From assembly GCA_963799675.1 (NCBI GenBank), contig CAWCXQ010000003.1, positions 293,577-357,576 of the forward strand: a DNA stretch of 64,000 nt. Direction: 5' to 3'. The notes beneath the pieces were generated by a model. It did not search any database and had not been told where the DNA came from. It saw only the letters and a list, made by a program, of their open reading frames with translations. The stretch is from an uncultured Chloroflexia bacterium. Lineage in GTDB: Bacteria; Chloroflexota; Limnocylindria; QHBO01. Made by a program: the position numbers and the translations under genes. Every line of letters begins with the position of its first letter. The first letter of the stretch is position 1. Of the stretch, positions 31,305-43,329 are shown piece by piece.

Positions 31305-32139
31305 GTGCGCCGATCCAGCGACGCGCGCCCGATCGGGGTCTTCGACTCGGGCGTCGGGGGGCTGACCGTCCTCTCGGAGCTGAGACGCCGGCTCCCGGCC
31401 GAGTCCACGATCTACCTCGGTGATAACGCGCGCACCCCGTACGGGCCGCGCTCCGCGCGAGGAGGTGCGCCGATTCACCGCCGAATGCGTCGGCTGGCTG
31501 CTCGACCAGGACGTCAAGCTCCTGCTGCTCGCCTGCAACACCGCCACCGCCCAGGCCCTCGACCTCGTCCGCGATCTGGCCGCAGTGCCGGTCCTTGGCG
31601 TGGTGCGTCCCGGAGCGGTGGCCGTGGCTGCCGCGACCCGATCGCGCCACGTCGGGGTCATCGCCACGGTCGGCACGGTCACCTCGGGAGCGTATCCGCG
31701 GGCCATCGAGGAGGCCGATCCCCGCACCCGCGTCGCGCAGCAGGCCTGCCCGGACCTCGTGCCGCTGGTCGAGGCAGGCACGCTCGACGGACCGCTCGCC
31801 GAGCGGGCGGTCGGCGGCTACCTCGGGGAGCTGTTCGCCGCCGATGCCGAGATCGACACGCTGCTGCTGGGCTGCACGCACTATCCGCTCCTGCGTCCGC
31901 TCATCGAGCGCGTGGCGGGACCGCGCGTGAGCGTGGTCGACTCCGCGTTCACCGCCGCCCTCGCCACCGAAGACCTGCTCGACGCGCTCGGCGCCCGCTC
32001 CCCGGACCGCGAGCCGGCAAACCGGATCGTGACGACCGGTGACCTCGCTGCCTTCAGCAGCGTCGCCGGCCCGGTCTTCGGGGCCGAGCTCCCCCTGGTG
32101 GAGGCCACCTCGGTGCAGGCGGTTCCTGCCGTAGACTGA
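31305..32139 (+). CDS. murI: glutamate racemase, apparent frameshift near 31455
   Basis: [43 protein letters not shown]. Confidence 0.7.
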
Positions 32140-32143
32140 CCGC

Positions 32144-33310
32144 ATGTCACGCAGCGGCAGCCGGCTCGGGATGGGCATCGTGGTCGGGAGCCTGGTTGCG
32201 GTCGGTGCCGCGGTCGCGCAGCGCGAGATCATGCGCCGCGCAGGGACTGGCCTCATCGATTGGGAGGCCGTGCGTCAGATCGCCCGTCGCCGGCTCGGCG
32301 AGGATGCGGTTCCCGATCCCCGCTGCCCAGCGTGAGGCGGCGGACGCGTTCTATCGCGAGACCCTGCTCCGGATCGAGCCCGCCGTCGCCGAGGAGATCG
32401 GCGCGCAGCTGCCGCGAGCCCTCGAGGTGCCCGCGGTTGTCGATCGCCTGGAGTGGGTCGACCTCAACCTCGCCACCTTCCAGCAGCTCTTCGGAAAGGT
32501 GGAAGAGATCCTGGCCCAGGCGCAGAGCGGACCCGACAACACCGGGACGAGCCCTCTCGCGCATCGTGAACCGGTCGATCGGCAACCAGCAGCTCGGCTT
32601 CCTGATGGCGTTCCTCGCGCGCAAGGTGCTCGGGCAGTACGACGTGAGCCTGCTTGCCGCGGGGCCATCGACGCGCGGGCGCCTCAACTTCGTCGAGCAG
32701 AACATCGTCGCCAGCGCTGCGACCCTGCGGGTCCCGCTCGATGAGTTCCGCACCTTCATCGCGCTGCACGAGGCGACGCACGCCTTCGAGTTCGAGGCGT
32801 ACCCCTGGCTGCGCGACCACTTCGCAGCGTTGGTGAGCGAATCGGTCGAGCAGTTCGCGACCGACTCCGGCGGCCTGATGGGGAGGCTGCGCGACGCGGT
32901 GGCCGCCGGGCCGGGGCCAAGGGCCATTGGCTCGAGCGGATGATGAGCCCGGCGCAGCTGGACTCGTTCCACCGCACGCAGGCGTTGATGTCACTCCTCG
33001 AGGGCTACTCGAATCACGTGATGCACGCGGCCGGGGAGCGGCTGCTGCCGGGATTCGCGCAGCTTCACGAGCGCTTCGAGCGGCGCAACGAGCGTCGCGG
33101 CGCGGTCGAGCGCGCGATCATGCGGATCACCGGGCTCGACCTGAAGATGGAGCAGTACTGGCCGGCGAGCGCTTCGTGAAGGCGGTCGTTGCGGCGCGCG
33201 ATCGGGCCTTCCTGAACCGGGTCTGGGAGAGCGCCGACCGGCTGCCGAGCCTGGATGAGATTCGCCGATCCACCCCGCTGGGTTGCCCGCATCGAAGGGG
33301 ACCAGCGCTG
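32144..33310 (+). CDS. DUF2342-type zinc-dependent metalloprotease (HExxH), several apparent frameshifts
   Basis: HEATHAFEF, PWLRDH. C-terminal ..RWVARIEGDQR. Spread over at least 4 frames. Confidence 0.5.
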
Positions 33311-34301
33311 AGCCGGGGCGAGATCACCGTCCTGGCCACCCCGGTCTTCGGAGCTCCCTTGCCGGCCGACCAGGTCGAGCGCATCGAGGCGGTCGAGGGC
33401 GTGCGCTACGTCCCAGTGACCGCCGACGGCCGCGTCCACGGCGAGGCCGCGGCCCTCGAGCAGGCCGAGGTGCTGCTGCGCGGCGGGATGAGCGCATCGG
33501 CCCTCGATCACCTGATCGGGAACGCGCCGCAGCTGCGCTGGCTGCACTCCTTCTCGGCGGGGGTCGACAAGGTGGTCACGCCCCTCGCGCGCTCGCGTGG
33601 CCTGACCGTCACGAACGCCCGCGGCGTCTTCTCTGCGCCGATCGCCGAATACGTGGTGATGATGCTGCTGGCCATCGCCCGTCGACTGCCCCAGCTTCTC
33701 GAGCTGCAGCGTGAGCGGACGTGGCAGCCGTTGCGTGGTCGGGAGCTCGGCGACCTGACCGTCGGCATCGTGGGCTTCGGGAGCATCGGTCACGAGATCG
33801 CGCGGCTGCTGGCGCCCTTCGGAGACGCGCGTGCTCGCCACGCGACGCCATCCCGCGCACGGCGCCGGCGACGCGGCGAACGTCGAGCTGCTGGGCCTCG
33901 ACCAGCTCGACGAGCTCCTCCGCGCATCCGACATGGTGGTCGTTGCGGCACCGCTGACCGAGGAGACGGCAGGCCTCATCGGGGCGCACGAGCTGCAGGA
34001 GATGCGCGAGGATGCCTACCTCTTCAACATCGCCCGCGGGCGGCTGATCGACGAGATCGCCCTGCGCCGGGCGCTCGACTCCGGCTGGATCGGCGGGGCC
34101 GTGCTCGACGTCTTCAACGAGGAGCCGCTGCCACCCGACTCGCCGCTCTACGACGCGCCGAACGTGATCATCACCCCGCACACGAGCTGGTCGAGCGACC
34201 GGGTGCTGGAGAGGAGCATCGGCCTCTTCGTCGGCAACCTGCAGCGCTACGTGGCCGGCGATCCGCTGGAGAACGTGGTCGACCTCGAGGCCGGGTACTA
34301 G
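33306..34301 (+). CDS. D-isomer-specific 2-hydroxyacid dehydrogenase family protein (start uncertain, frameshift near 33840)
   Basis: NAD-binding VGIVGFGSIGHEIARL. C-terminal catalytic region IITPHTSWSS. Confidence 0.6.
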
Positions 34302-34304
34302 CCG

Positions 34305-35399
34305 ATGCAGGTGACCCTGGTCGGTCTGCCGGGGAGCGGCAAGACGACGGTCTTCAACGCGCTCAGCGGGGGCACGCCGAGACCGGGAGCTTCTCGGGCG
34401 GCCGGGCTGCACCGAATGTGGGCGTGGTGAAAGTGCCCGATGCCCGCCTCGACGCCCTGTCGGCGCTTTTCAACCCGCGCAAGACGACGCCCGCCGACGT
34501 GACCTACGTCGACGTCGCGATCCCGGCCGGCGCGACCCGGGAGGGGACCGTCGTCGCCGGACCTGCTTGCCCTGATTCGCAACGCCGATGCCCTCCTCCA
34601 CGTCGCCCGCGCGTTCGACGACGCGAGCAGCACCCTGCCCGCCGACCCGTGGCGCGACGTCGACGAGCTCGACCTCGAGTTCGTCGTCGCCGACCTGACC
34701 GTCGTCCAGAAGCGGCTCGAGAAGCTCGGCACCTCGGGCCGCCACGGCTCGCCGGGCGAACGGGAGCAGAACGCCCTGGAGGAGGAGCTGCTGGGACGGA
34801 TCGAGCCGCATCTCGCCGAGGGACACGCGCTGCGTGACCTGACCTGAGCGAGGAGCGACGAGCGCCTGCTGCGCGGGTATCGGTTTCTGAGCCAGAAGCC
34901 GGTGCTGGTGGTCCTGAACATCGACGAGGGACGGCTGCCGGAGGCACTGACGCTCGAGACCGATGGCGCGACGCGCTACGCGCACCGCCAGACGGACGTG
35001 GCCGCGCTCGCCGGAAAGATCGAGGCCGAGCTCGGGGAGCTGACGGCGGACGACGCGCGGGTCTTCATGGACGACCTCGGAATCGCCGAGCCGTCGCGCG
35101 GACGGGTGATCCGGCTCACCTACGACCTGCTCGGCCTGCTCAGCTTCTTCACCGCCGGCGAGGACGAGTGCCGCGCCTGGACGATCCATCGCGGCGACAC
35201 TGCCGTCGATGCGGCGGCAGCCATCCACAGCGACCTGGCGCGTGGCTTCATTCGGGCCGAGGTGGTCAGCCACACGGACCTGCTCGAGAGCGGCAGCATG
35301 GCCGAGGCCCGGAAGCGCGGCCAGCTTCGCGCGGAGGGAAAGGCCTACGCGGTGCGCGACGGGGACGTGATCCAGGTCCTCTTCAACGTCGCGCGCTGA
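34305..35399 (+). CDS. ychF: YchF/Obg-like GTPase with C-terminal TGS domain, apparent frameshifts
   Basis: G1 motif LVGLPGSGKTTVFNAL. VVLNIDE. TGS end AYAVRDGDVIQVLFNV. Spread over 3-4 frames. Confidence 0.55.
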
Positions 35400-35400
35400 T

Positions 35401-35706
35401 CTACGAGCGCTCGACCTCCGCGATGATCGACCGGAACTCGTCGCTCGGCTCCACGAGGAAGGTCTCCTGCTCGGTCGCTCCGACGCTCATCGAGGCGGTC
35501 AGCTTCTCGTCGCTGACGTAGGTGAAGCCATGGGTCCGCTCCAGCTCGCGAGCGATCGCCTCGACCAGCGTGTCCTCCTCGAACGTCTCGATGACCGCCT
35601 GGCGCGCCACCCCGACGAGCTCGGCAAACTCCTCGGGGGAATGCTCGCGCTCGGTGGTGAGGATGGCATCGGTCAGCAGGTCCGTGGCCCCCTCATGGAG
35701 CTCGTA
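35401..35706 (-). CDS. hypothetical acidic protein
   Basis: ORF only. Convergent with ychF. Confidence 0.35.
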   Translation of the reverse strand, partial: YELHEGATDLLTDAILTTEREHSPEEFAELVGVARQAVIETFEEDTLVEAIARELERTHGFTYVSDEKLTASMSVGATEQETFLVEPSDEFRSIIAEVERS

Positions 35707-35719
35707 GAAGAAGAGTGGC

Positions 35720-36605
35720 ATGGTGGCGACCGATGATAGACCGATGCTGACCGGATCGCCGCGCGTCGACCTGCTCGTCGTGGGCGGGCTCACGGTCGAC
35801 CATTTCGGGAAGCGGAGCGCGGCGGGTGGCTCGGTCCTGCACGCCACCCGAGCCGCGCTGCACGCCGGCCTCCGCCTGGCGGCACTCACCGCCGCCGACG
35901 GTGAGCCTGATGCGCTCGCGGGTCTCGCCGAGATCGCTGCCGCCGGACAGCTGCTGCGCCAGCCCGCCGAGACGACGATCGGTTTCGCTCACCGCGAGAC
36001 CTCGGCGGGCCGGGTCCTCACGTTCGAGGCCGCCGGCGCCCCGCTCAGCGTCGACGTGGCGCAGATCGATGCGCTGCAGCCTGCCGCGGTCCTCCTTGCG
36101 CCGGTGGCCGGCGAGATCGATGCCGCCACCGTGGCCGGGAGCGCAGGCTCGGACTGGCACCCGCTCCGCGCCGCGATCCTGCAGGGCTGGCTGCGTGTCC
36201 TGGAGCTGGGGGCCGTCGTCAGGCCGTTGCCGCTCGCCGGACTGTCGCCCGAGCTGGTGACCGCGCTCGCCGAGCTCGCCCTCCTCGTCGCGTCACGCGA
36301 GGACCTCCAGGCCGATGCCTCCGATCCCCGGGCGCAGCTCGAATCGCTCCGCTTTGCGATCGGGCCCGGTCCGATCCTAGTGGTGACCGACGGCGTGGAG
36401 GGGGCCTGGTTCAGCACCGGGGACGAGACCGGGCACGTGCCGGTGCCGTTTCGCGTCGATCGCGTGGCCACCGTGGGAGCGGGCGACGCCTACGCTGCGA
36501 TCCTGGCGGTCCGGCCTGGCCGCTGTGGGCGTGCCGCTGCGCGACGCGATGGCCGATGCCGCGCTCGCCGTGGCCGAGATCCTCGCCGCGCGTCGCGGCG
36601 CCTGA
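35720..36605 (+). CDS. PfkB-family carbohydrate/nucleoside kinase, apparent frameshift near 36520
   Basis: VVGGLTVDHF, and VATVGAGDAYAA at the ATP site. Confidence 0.6.
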
Positions 36606-36612
36606 CCGGGAT

Positions 36613-37860
36613 TCAGGCCACCCGCTGCCGGGCGGCACGTCGGTCCGAAGCGGCGACCCAGCGCCGCAGGCGCCGGACGCGCGACTCGACCCGCAGGCGA
36701 ACGGCGCCGAGCGCCTGCGGGCTTCCGCCACGGCCGAGGGCGAAGGCGATGTCCAGCACTCTCGATGCCGCGCTCGCCGCGTCGAGCGCCCCGGGCAGGT
36801 CGTGGCGGTGTCGCTCGCGGATGCGCGCCACCTCGATCCAGGCGCGTGGCAGCCTCCAGCGAGGCGCGCCGGGTGCCGTCTCGCCACAGCGCCTCCGCCC
36901 TCGCCGACTCGCCGGCGGCGAGCATGAGACGCGCCGCCAGGCGCCGCAGGCCCGATGCCTCGGATGGATCCGCGCCGGCGCCGAGCCCGGATTCCAGCAG
37001 CTCGAGCGCGTCCGCGGGCGCGCCGAAGCGCAGGAGGTCGATCGCCATGCCGTGTGGGTCGAGGACCGTCGCCTCGCGCCAGGCGCCAGCCCGAAGTCGG
37101 ACGACCTCCGCCTCGAGCAGGGCGAGCGAGACGACGTCCTGCAGGTTGTGGTCGAGCACCTCGGCCAGGAGCTCGGGCGAGCCGCCGCGGAGGTAGTCGA
37201 AATAGCGCCCGGGGACGTCGCCCCCGGCGACATCGGAGTCGCGCCGCACGCCGAGCACGCCCGATTCCACCTGGCTGAGGCGTGCGCCGCCAAGTCGACG
37301 CCGCCAGAGCCGTCGGGCGATCGGCAGGAGGTCGTCATGGAGAGCGGGCAAGGCGGCCTGCTCCGCGAAAAGGCCGTGCACGGTGAGGCGGCTCGCGAGC
37401 ATCGGCAGGTCGAAGGCACGGCCGTTGTACGTGACCATCCGCGCTGCGCCTGCGAGCTCGCCAGCCACTCGTCGGAGGAGAGCCCCTTCATGCGGGTAGT
37501 CGGGGAGCAGGTATTGCCGCACGACGATCCGATCCCGGTCCAGCGATGCCAACCCGGCCAGGAAGATGACTGTCCCGGCGCCGGTCGAGAGGCCCGTCGT
37601 CTCGGTATCGAAGTAACAGGCCTTCGCCAGGCCTCTGAGCGCCAGGGCGACGACCGGCGCTAGCGGGACGTGGCGCTCAACGAGCACGACGGTTCCGCCA
37701 GGCTCCGTCGTCAGCACCGCGTCGAACCAGCGCGCGAGCGTCTCGCTACGATCGGCGACGGGTCGAGGCGTGAATGCCGGGGCGGCGCGATCCGCTCGCA
37801 GGCTGGCCAGGCGCTCGGCGAGGGTTCTGACCGCCACCTCAGGCCAGGGCCGAGAGGAGC
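36613..37860 (-). CDS. mrfB: RNase H-like 3'-5' exonuclease YprB/MrfB family, apparent frameshifts
   Basis: CYFDTETTGLS DEDD-type exonuclease motif, VTYNGRAFDLPML, HDDLLPIARRLW. Lies directly downstream of the yprA-like helicase gene. Confidence 0.55.
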
Positions 37861-40116
37861 TCAGCCGCCGCGGCCTTGCCGCGCACCCCCACCTCAGCTG
37901 GGGGACCGACGCACGAGGGGCAGCCCTCCAGGCACGGACAGTCGGCCACCAGCCTGCGGCTCGCATCGACCAGCTCAGCGAGGAGGGCGAAGAGCCGCTC
38001 GGTGAGCCCGACACCACCCGGCACCGCGTCGTACACGAAGAGCGTTGGCCGCTGGGTGAAGGGCGCCTGCGCCTGGGCAAGGACCCCGAGATCGCGCACG
38101 TCACACATCAGCAGCAGTGGCGCAGTGTTGCGGACCAGGCGCGCCAGCCCGATCAGCGCACCGTCCAGCGTTTCCCGGTCGAAGCGGGCCGCGGCTGCGT
38201 CGGGCACCACCACCCAGGTGGCAGCGGTGTGCATTTGCTGCTCGGGCAGGGTGATCGGACCCCACCCGACGTTCTCGTGGGTGTGGAACTTGATCTTCTT
38301 GAACAGGGTCGCGTGCCAGGCGACCATGACCTCGCCGCGGGCGCGCTCCGCGGCCGCATCGGCCTGGTCGAGCACGTCGAGAACCTTGAGCGTCACGCCG
38401 AGGTCGGCATCGGTGTAGTAATCGACGTCCACGCGGGTCACGTACGCCTTGCGCTCGGCCCAGTCGAGATGGTCGACGTGGAACTGGACGCCGGCATGGA
38501 TGTAGATGGCCTGCTCGTGGACGAGCATTGGCGCCGCGAAGAGGTCGACCTCGCCGATCACGCGGTGGCGGTCTCTGGTCGTGTCGACGATCACCACGTT
38601 CTCCTGCGCTGCGCTGCGCAGGCTGAACGCGCTGGCCGGAAAGTTTTCCTGGCTCCAGTAGTAGCGATCGTCGCCGGCGCGGCGAAGGAACCCGTCCTCC
38701 GCCAGCACGTCGAGGAGCGTCGCCGTCTCGTCAACGCCGAACTGTTCGCCGCTTGGGACGGGGAGCTCGAAGGCCGAGGCCTTCAGGTGATCGAGCAGCA
38801 GGTGAAGATTGTCCGGGTTGACGAGCCCGTGCTCGGGCGAGCGGTCGAAGAAGTAGTCGGGGTGTGTCGCGAGGAATTGATCGATGGGAGCGGAGGACGC
38901 GACCATCACGCTCAGGCTGGTGCCGTTGCGGCGCCCTGAGCGACCCATCTGCTGCCAGCTGCTGGCAATCGTGCCGGGATAGCCGACGCTGATTGCCGCG
39001 TCGAGGCCACCGATGTCGATCCCGAGCTCCAGCGCATTGGTCGCCACGACCCCGCGGACGCGTCCGTCGCGCAGCCCACGCTCGATGGCGCGACGCTCGC
39101 TGGGGAGGTAGCCGCCGCGGTAGCCGTGGACGGCGGACGGGTGGCCGCGGGGGCCGCGGGGAGCGACTCCCGGAGGTAGGTGGTGAGCACCTCGACGGCG
39201 GTGCGCGAGCGGGCGAACACGATGGTCTGGACGCCGTCGCGGATGAGCCGTTCGGCGAGGCCCTGGGCGGTGAGCAGGGAGCTGGCGCGGATCCCGAGCT
39301 GCGGGTTGACGATGGGCGGGTTCGCAATCACGACGTGCTTGCGACCCCGTGGAGCGCCGTTGTCGTCGATCAGGTCGACGGGCGCCTCCAGGAGCTGCTC
39401 GGCCAGCTGCCGGGGGTTGGCGATCGTGGCGCTGGCACAGATGAAGATCGGGTCGGCGCCGTAGTGGCGGCAGATTCGACGGAGCCGCCGGATCACGTTC
39501 GCGACGTGGCTGCCGAACAGGCCGCGATAGGTGTGCAGCTCGTCGATCACGACGTACTGCAGGTTCTCGAAAGCTTGAACCACTTGGTGTGGTGGGGAAG
39601 GATCGCGGCGTGGAGCATGTCCGGGTTGGTGATCACGACCTGGCCGGCCGCGCGAACGACGCTGCGCACGTTGGCGGGCGTGTCCCCGTCGTATGTGCTC
39701 GTCTTCAGTGCGATCTCGCTGATGTCGGCCAATGCGCGCAGCTCGGCCAGCTGGTCCGCCGCCAGCGCCTTGGTCGGGAAGAGGTAGAGCGCGCGCGTCG
39801 CCTCGTCGCGCGCGATGGCGTCGAGAACTGGCAGGTTGTAGCAGAGCGTCTTGCCCGTGGCCGTGGGCGTCACCACGCAGACGTTGTGACCGGCGCGGGC
39901 GGACTCGAAGGCAGCGGCCTGGTGGGTGTAGAGCGCCTCAACTCCGCGGCCGTGGAGAGCCGCGACCAAGCGCGGGTCGATCGCCCGCGGCCAGGGCGCA
40001 TAGCGCGGCGGCTGCGGCTCCAGGATGCGATGTGCCGCGATCAACGGCTCGATGGCGGGATCCGCAAGAAGCGACTCGATGGCCGCGTCGGCCGTGGGGG
40101 GGCGAGCAGTCAGCAT
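37839..40116 (-). CDS. mrfA: DEAD/DEAH-box helicase YprA/MrfA family with C-terminal DUF1998 Zn-Cys4 domain, apparent frameshifts
   Basis: VTPTATGKTLCYNLP, DELHTYRG. Helicase C-terminal domain MVASSAPIDQ. CPCLEGCPSCVGP at the C-terminus. Confidence 0.65.
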
Positions 40117-40253
40117 CGATGCTCCTTTGGCCATAAGCGAACAGACGTTCGACTGAATCTAGCACGCCTGTTCGATTTGGGCGGCAAATTGTGGAAAAGG
40201 GGCGTGGATTTTGTTGACGCTGTGGAAAATCGGTCCCTAGACTGACCGTCCAG

Positions 40254-40685
40254 ATGACCGTGGAAGCTGCCGCCCCGCCGTCCGCCGCTCGCAAGCGAGT
40301 CGAGCGCCGCCTCCGTCTGCCCGCCTCGCGCGGGGGCCTGACCTGGCTCGCCGTCCTGGTCATCGTCGGCGCCTTCCTGGCTGTACAGCTCGGTCGCCAG
40401 ATCTACGCCAACTGGGAGATCTCGCGGCAAGCGGACGAGGTTCGCGCGCAGATCGCCGCGGTCGCCGCCCAGAACGACGCCCTGCAGCGGGAGCTCGACT
40501 ACCTTCGCTCGCGCGCGTTCGTGAGCCAGGAAGCGCGGAGGCTCACCAACGTGGGGGCCCCGGGTGAGCAGGCCCTGATCATCCCGCCCGGTGCCGAGGC
40601 GGCCGTCCCGGCTGATGCGCTGTCCCGCGTCAAGGCGCCTCCGCCGTTGCTCGAGCAGTGGCTGGATCTCTTCTTCGGCCGATAA
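40254..40685 (+). CDS. septum-formation initiator (FtsB/DivIC-like) family protein
   Basis: Single transmembrane helix then coiled coil (ISRQADEVRAQIAAVAAQNDALQRELDYLRS). Confidence 0.6.
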   Translation: MTVEAAAPPSAARKRVERRLRLPASRGGLTWLAVLVIVGAFLAVQLGRQIYANWEISRQADEVRAQIAAVAAQNDALQRELDYLRSRAFVSQEARRLTNVGAPGEQALIIPPGAEAAVPADALSRVKAPPPLLEQWLDLFFGR

Positions 40686-40821
40686 CTCCGTCGCGCTCGA
40701 CATCGAGCGTTTGTAGCCTCGCCCCGCGACAGCTCGCGTGTCGTGGTCGGTGCGGTGTGGCACGCGGAGTGCTTACGAGACACTCAGCAAATCGTCACAA
40801 CACGTAGCGCAGGTTTGGAAC

Positions 40822-41103
40822 ATGGGCTTTATTGCTTGGATCGTTCTGGGTGCCATCGCGGGCTGGATAGCCGGGCTGCTGGTCAAGGGCGACGAAGGGC
40901 TCGGCGTCATCGGCCATATCGTGCTCGGGATCGTGGGCGCCCTCGTGGGTGGCTTCCTCGGTGCCGTGCTCCTGGGCCGGAACCCGGTCGATGGCGTGCT
41001 GGACATCAGCTCGATCGTCGCCGCGGTGATCGGTGCAATCCTTGTCGTTCTCGTGGTCAGCATGGTCATGGGACGGACCCGGACCGGTCGCGGCCCCATC
41101 TAG
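40822..41103 (+). CDS. GlsB/YeaQ/YmgE family stress-response membrane protein
   Basis: GFIAWIVLGAIAGWIAGLLVKG ... GIVGALVGGFLG. Confidence 0.75.
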   Translation: MGFIAWIVLGAIAGWIAGLLVKGDEGLGVIGHIVLGIVGALVGGFLGAVLLGRNPVDGVLDISSIVAAVIGAILVVLVVSMVMGRTRTGRGPI

Positions 41104-41123
41104 GTCGCCGAACCACAGCACGG

Positions 41124-41160
41124 AATGAGGCTCGCCGAAGGGCGAGCCTCATTCATTCTT
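41124..41160 (+). terminator. rho-independent-type terminator hairpin
   Basis: 13-bp perfect stem AATGAGGCTCGCC-GAAG-GGCGAGCCTCATT followed by CATTCTT. Confidence 0.6.
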
Positions 41161-41236
41161 CACGGAACGGCTCGCGGGATCGGTGACCGACCTCTTCGGA
41201 CGCGCCTGCCAGCGGCTGAAGGGGCTCTTCGGCCGA

Positions 41237-42380
41237 TCAGACCGAGACCCACGCGTCGGTGCGAGCGCTCTGGACCACTGCCTCCACGATTCCGACCGCA
41301 CGAGCTCCAGCTGCGAGGGACGGGTAGGCGGAGTCCTCGGCGGGCGGCTTGCCGGCGGCCACGGCGGCGTAGAAGTCACGCAGCATGTCACGCAGCGCTT
41401 CGGCCCAGCCCTCTGGGTGGCCCGCCGGCAGAGACGGAACGCCGGCGGTCTGGACGCTGGCGGCTCGGACCAGGGTCCGCTCTTCTTCACGGGTTGCGAG
41501 CCATAACCGCTCCGGCTCCTCTTGCGCCCAGGCCACGGAGGCGCGCGATCCTGCAATCTCCAACGTCAACGCGTTCTTGCGACCGGGACTTACTTGGCTG
41601 ATGACCAATGCACCTCGCGCGTTGCCGTCGAACCGCAGGAGGATGGTTGCGGCGTCCTCTGACTGAATGGCGACCGACTCACTCAGCCCCGGTTGGACCT
41701 TCGAAGGCGGCGGTCCGCGCAGTGGGGCGCTGACGGTGCTCGAGAAACGTCGCGAAGTCGGCGAAGACCGAGGTGATGTGTGTGCCGGTCACATACTCTG
41801 CAGTGTCGAACCAGTGGGAGCCGATGTCTGCCACGGCTCTCGAGCCCCCGGGCGGGGCCTCCAGGCGCCAGTTGTAATCGGTCTCGTTGGCCAGCCAGTC
41901 CTGCAGGTAGGCGCCATGGATCAACCGGACCGATCCTGCCTCGCCGTCCGCGATCGCCTGGCGCGCGCGTCGGACCATGGGGTATCCGCGATACGTGAAT
42001 GCGACTGCCGCATGCAGACCGCAATCCCGGGCCAGCTGGACCAGCGACCGCGCGTCGGCGCCCGTCGACGCCAGCGGCTTCTCGACGACGACGTGCTTGC
42101 CCGCCTTGAGCGCTCGGCGCGCGATGTCCACGTGCGTCGAATCTGGCGTGCAGACGTGCACGACGTCGATCTGCGGGTCGTCGATCACGGCCGCAAGATC
42201 CGCGGTGGCGTGCGCCACGCCCAGCGCATCGGCCCTCCGCCTCGTGCGCTCCGGGTCGGACCCGACCACGACCGCTACTTCGCCGTAGCCTCCGCGGCGC
42301 ACGGCGTCGACGTGGAATGGCCCGACGAAGCCGGTGCCGATGACGGCGGCTTTCAGCCGGTCGGCGCTCATGTCCACCAT
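41237..42380 (-). CDS. Gfo/Idh/MocA family oxidoreductase, apparent frameshift near 41680
   Basis: N-terminal Rossmann LKAAVIGTGFVGPFH. EKPLA. C-terminal GIVEAVVQSARTDAWVSV. Confidence 0.65.
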
Positions 42381-42565
42381 GCCTCGGTCATAGGGTGGCT
42401 GGCTGGGCATCACAGATCTGAGGAACGCGACGCCCTTCTCGAAGCCCTCCTCGATCGAGAGCAGCGCGTCCTCGTGCTCGATCGAGAGGACGTCGTCGTA
42501 CCCCGCCAGCCGCAGGGCGCTGACGAATCGCCGCCAGTCGAGCTCGCCGTGCCCGTAGCCCACGG

Positions 42566-43329
42566 TGCGAAAGACCCAGCTGCGGTCCGCGACCTTCCGA
42601 GGGAACGGTGTCCAGCACGCCGTTCAGCGCGGCAATTCGCGGGTTGATGCCGGTGTCCTTGGCGTGGACGTGGAAGATCGCGTCGGCGCCGAGCTCGTGA
42701 TCGCCGTTTCGACGTCGATGCCCTGCCAGAAGAGGTGGCTCGGATCGAGATTTGCGCCGACCGCCTCGCCGCACGCCTCGCGCAGGCGCAGCAGCGTTCG
42801 TGGGTTATAGACCACGAAGCCGGATGCATCTCGAACCCGAGGCGGATTCCGCGCGCCTGCGCATGGCGGCCTGCTCCTGCCAGTAGGGGATCACCTTTTC
42901 GCGCCACTGCCACTCGAGCAGGTCGCCATACTCGGTCGGCCACGCGCAGGTCACCCAGTTGGGATAGGCCGCGCTGTCCGAGTCCCCGGGCGACCGCTGA
43001 ACAGGTTGATCCGCCCGACCCCCAGGCGCCGCGAGCTCGACCGTTCGGACGAACGTCTCGTGGCTCGAGGCGGCAACCTCCTGCCGCGGATGAAGTGGGT
43101 TCCCGTGGCATGAGAATGCGCTGATCTCTAGCCCGCGCGACTCGATCGCGCGCGGAAGGCCGCCAGCGCGGACGCGTCAGCGAGGAGCTCGGCCGGCCGG
43201 CAATGGGCGTCGCCGGGGTAGTTGCCGGTACCGATCTCGACACAGTCGAGACCGGCATCGACCACCCGGTCGAGCGCCGACTCGAGCTGCTCGTTCGCGA
43301 AGAGGACGGTGAAGACACCGAGCTTCATC
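42566..43329 (-). CDS. sugar phosphate isomerase/epimerase (xylose isomerase-like TIM barrel), multiple apparent frameshifts
   Basis: MKLGVFTVLFANEQLESALDRVVDAGLDCVEIG, IFHVHAKD, NLDPSHLFWQGID. Confidence 0.5.

Noticed and set aside
36377-38104. Minus-strand ORF of 575 residues
   Set aside because: It is a composite. Only its central part is real (the mrfB exonuclease core). The rest is out-of-frame read-through into mrfA and beyond.
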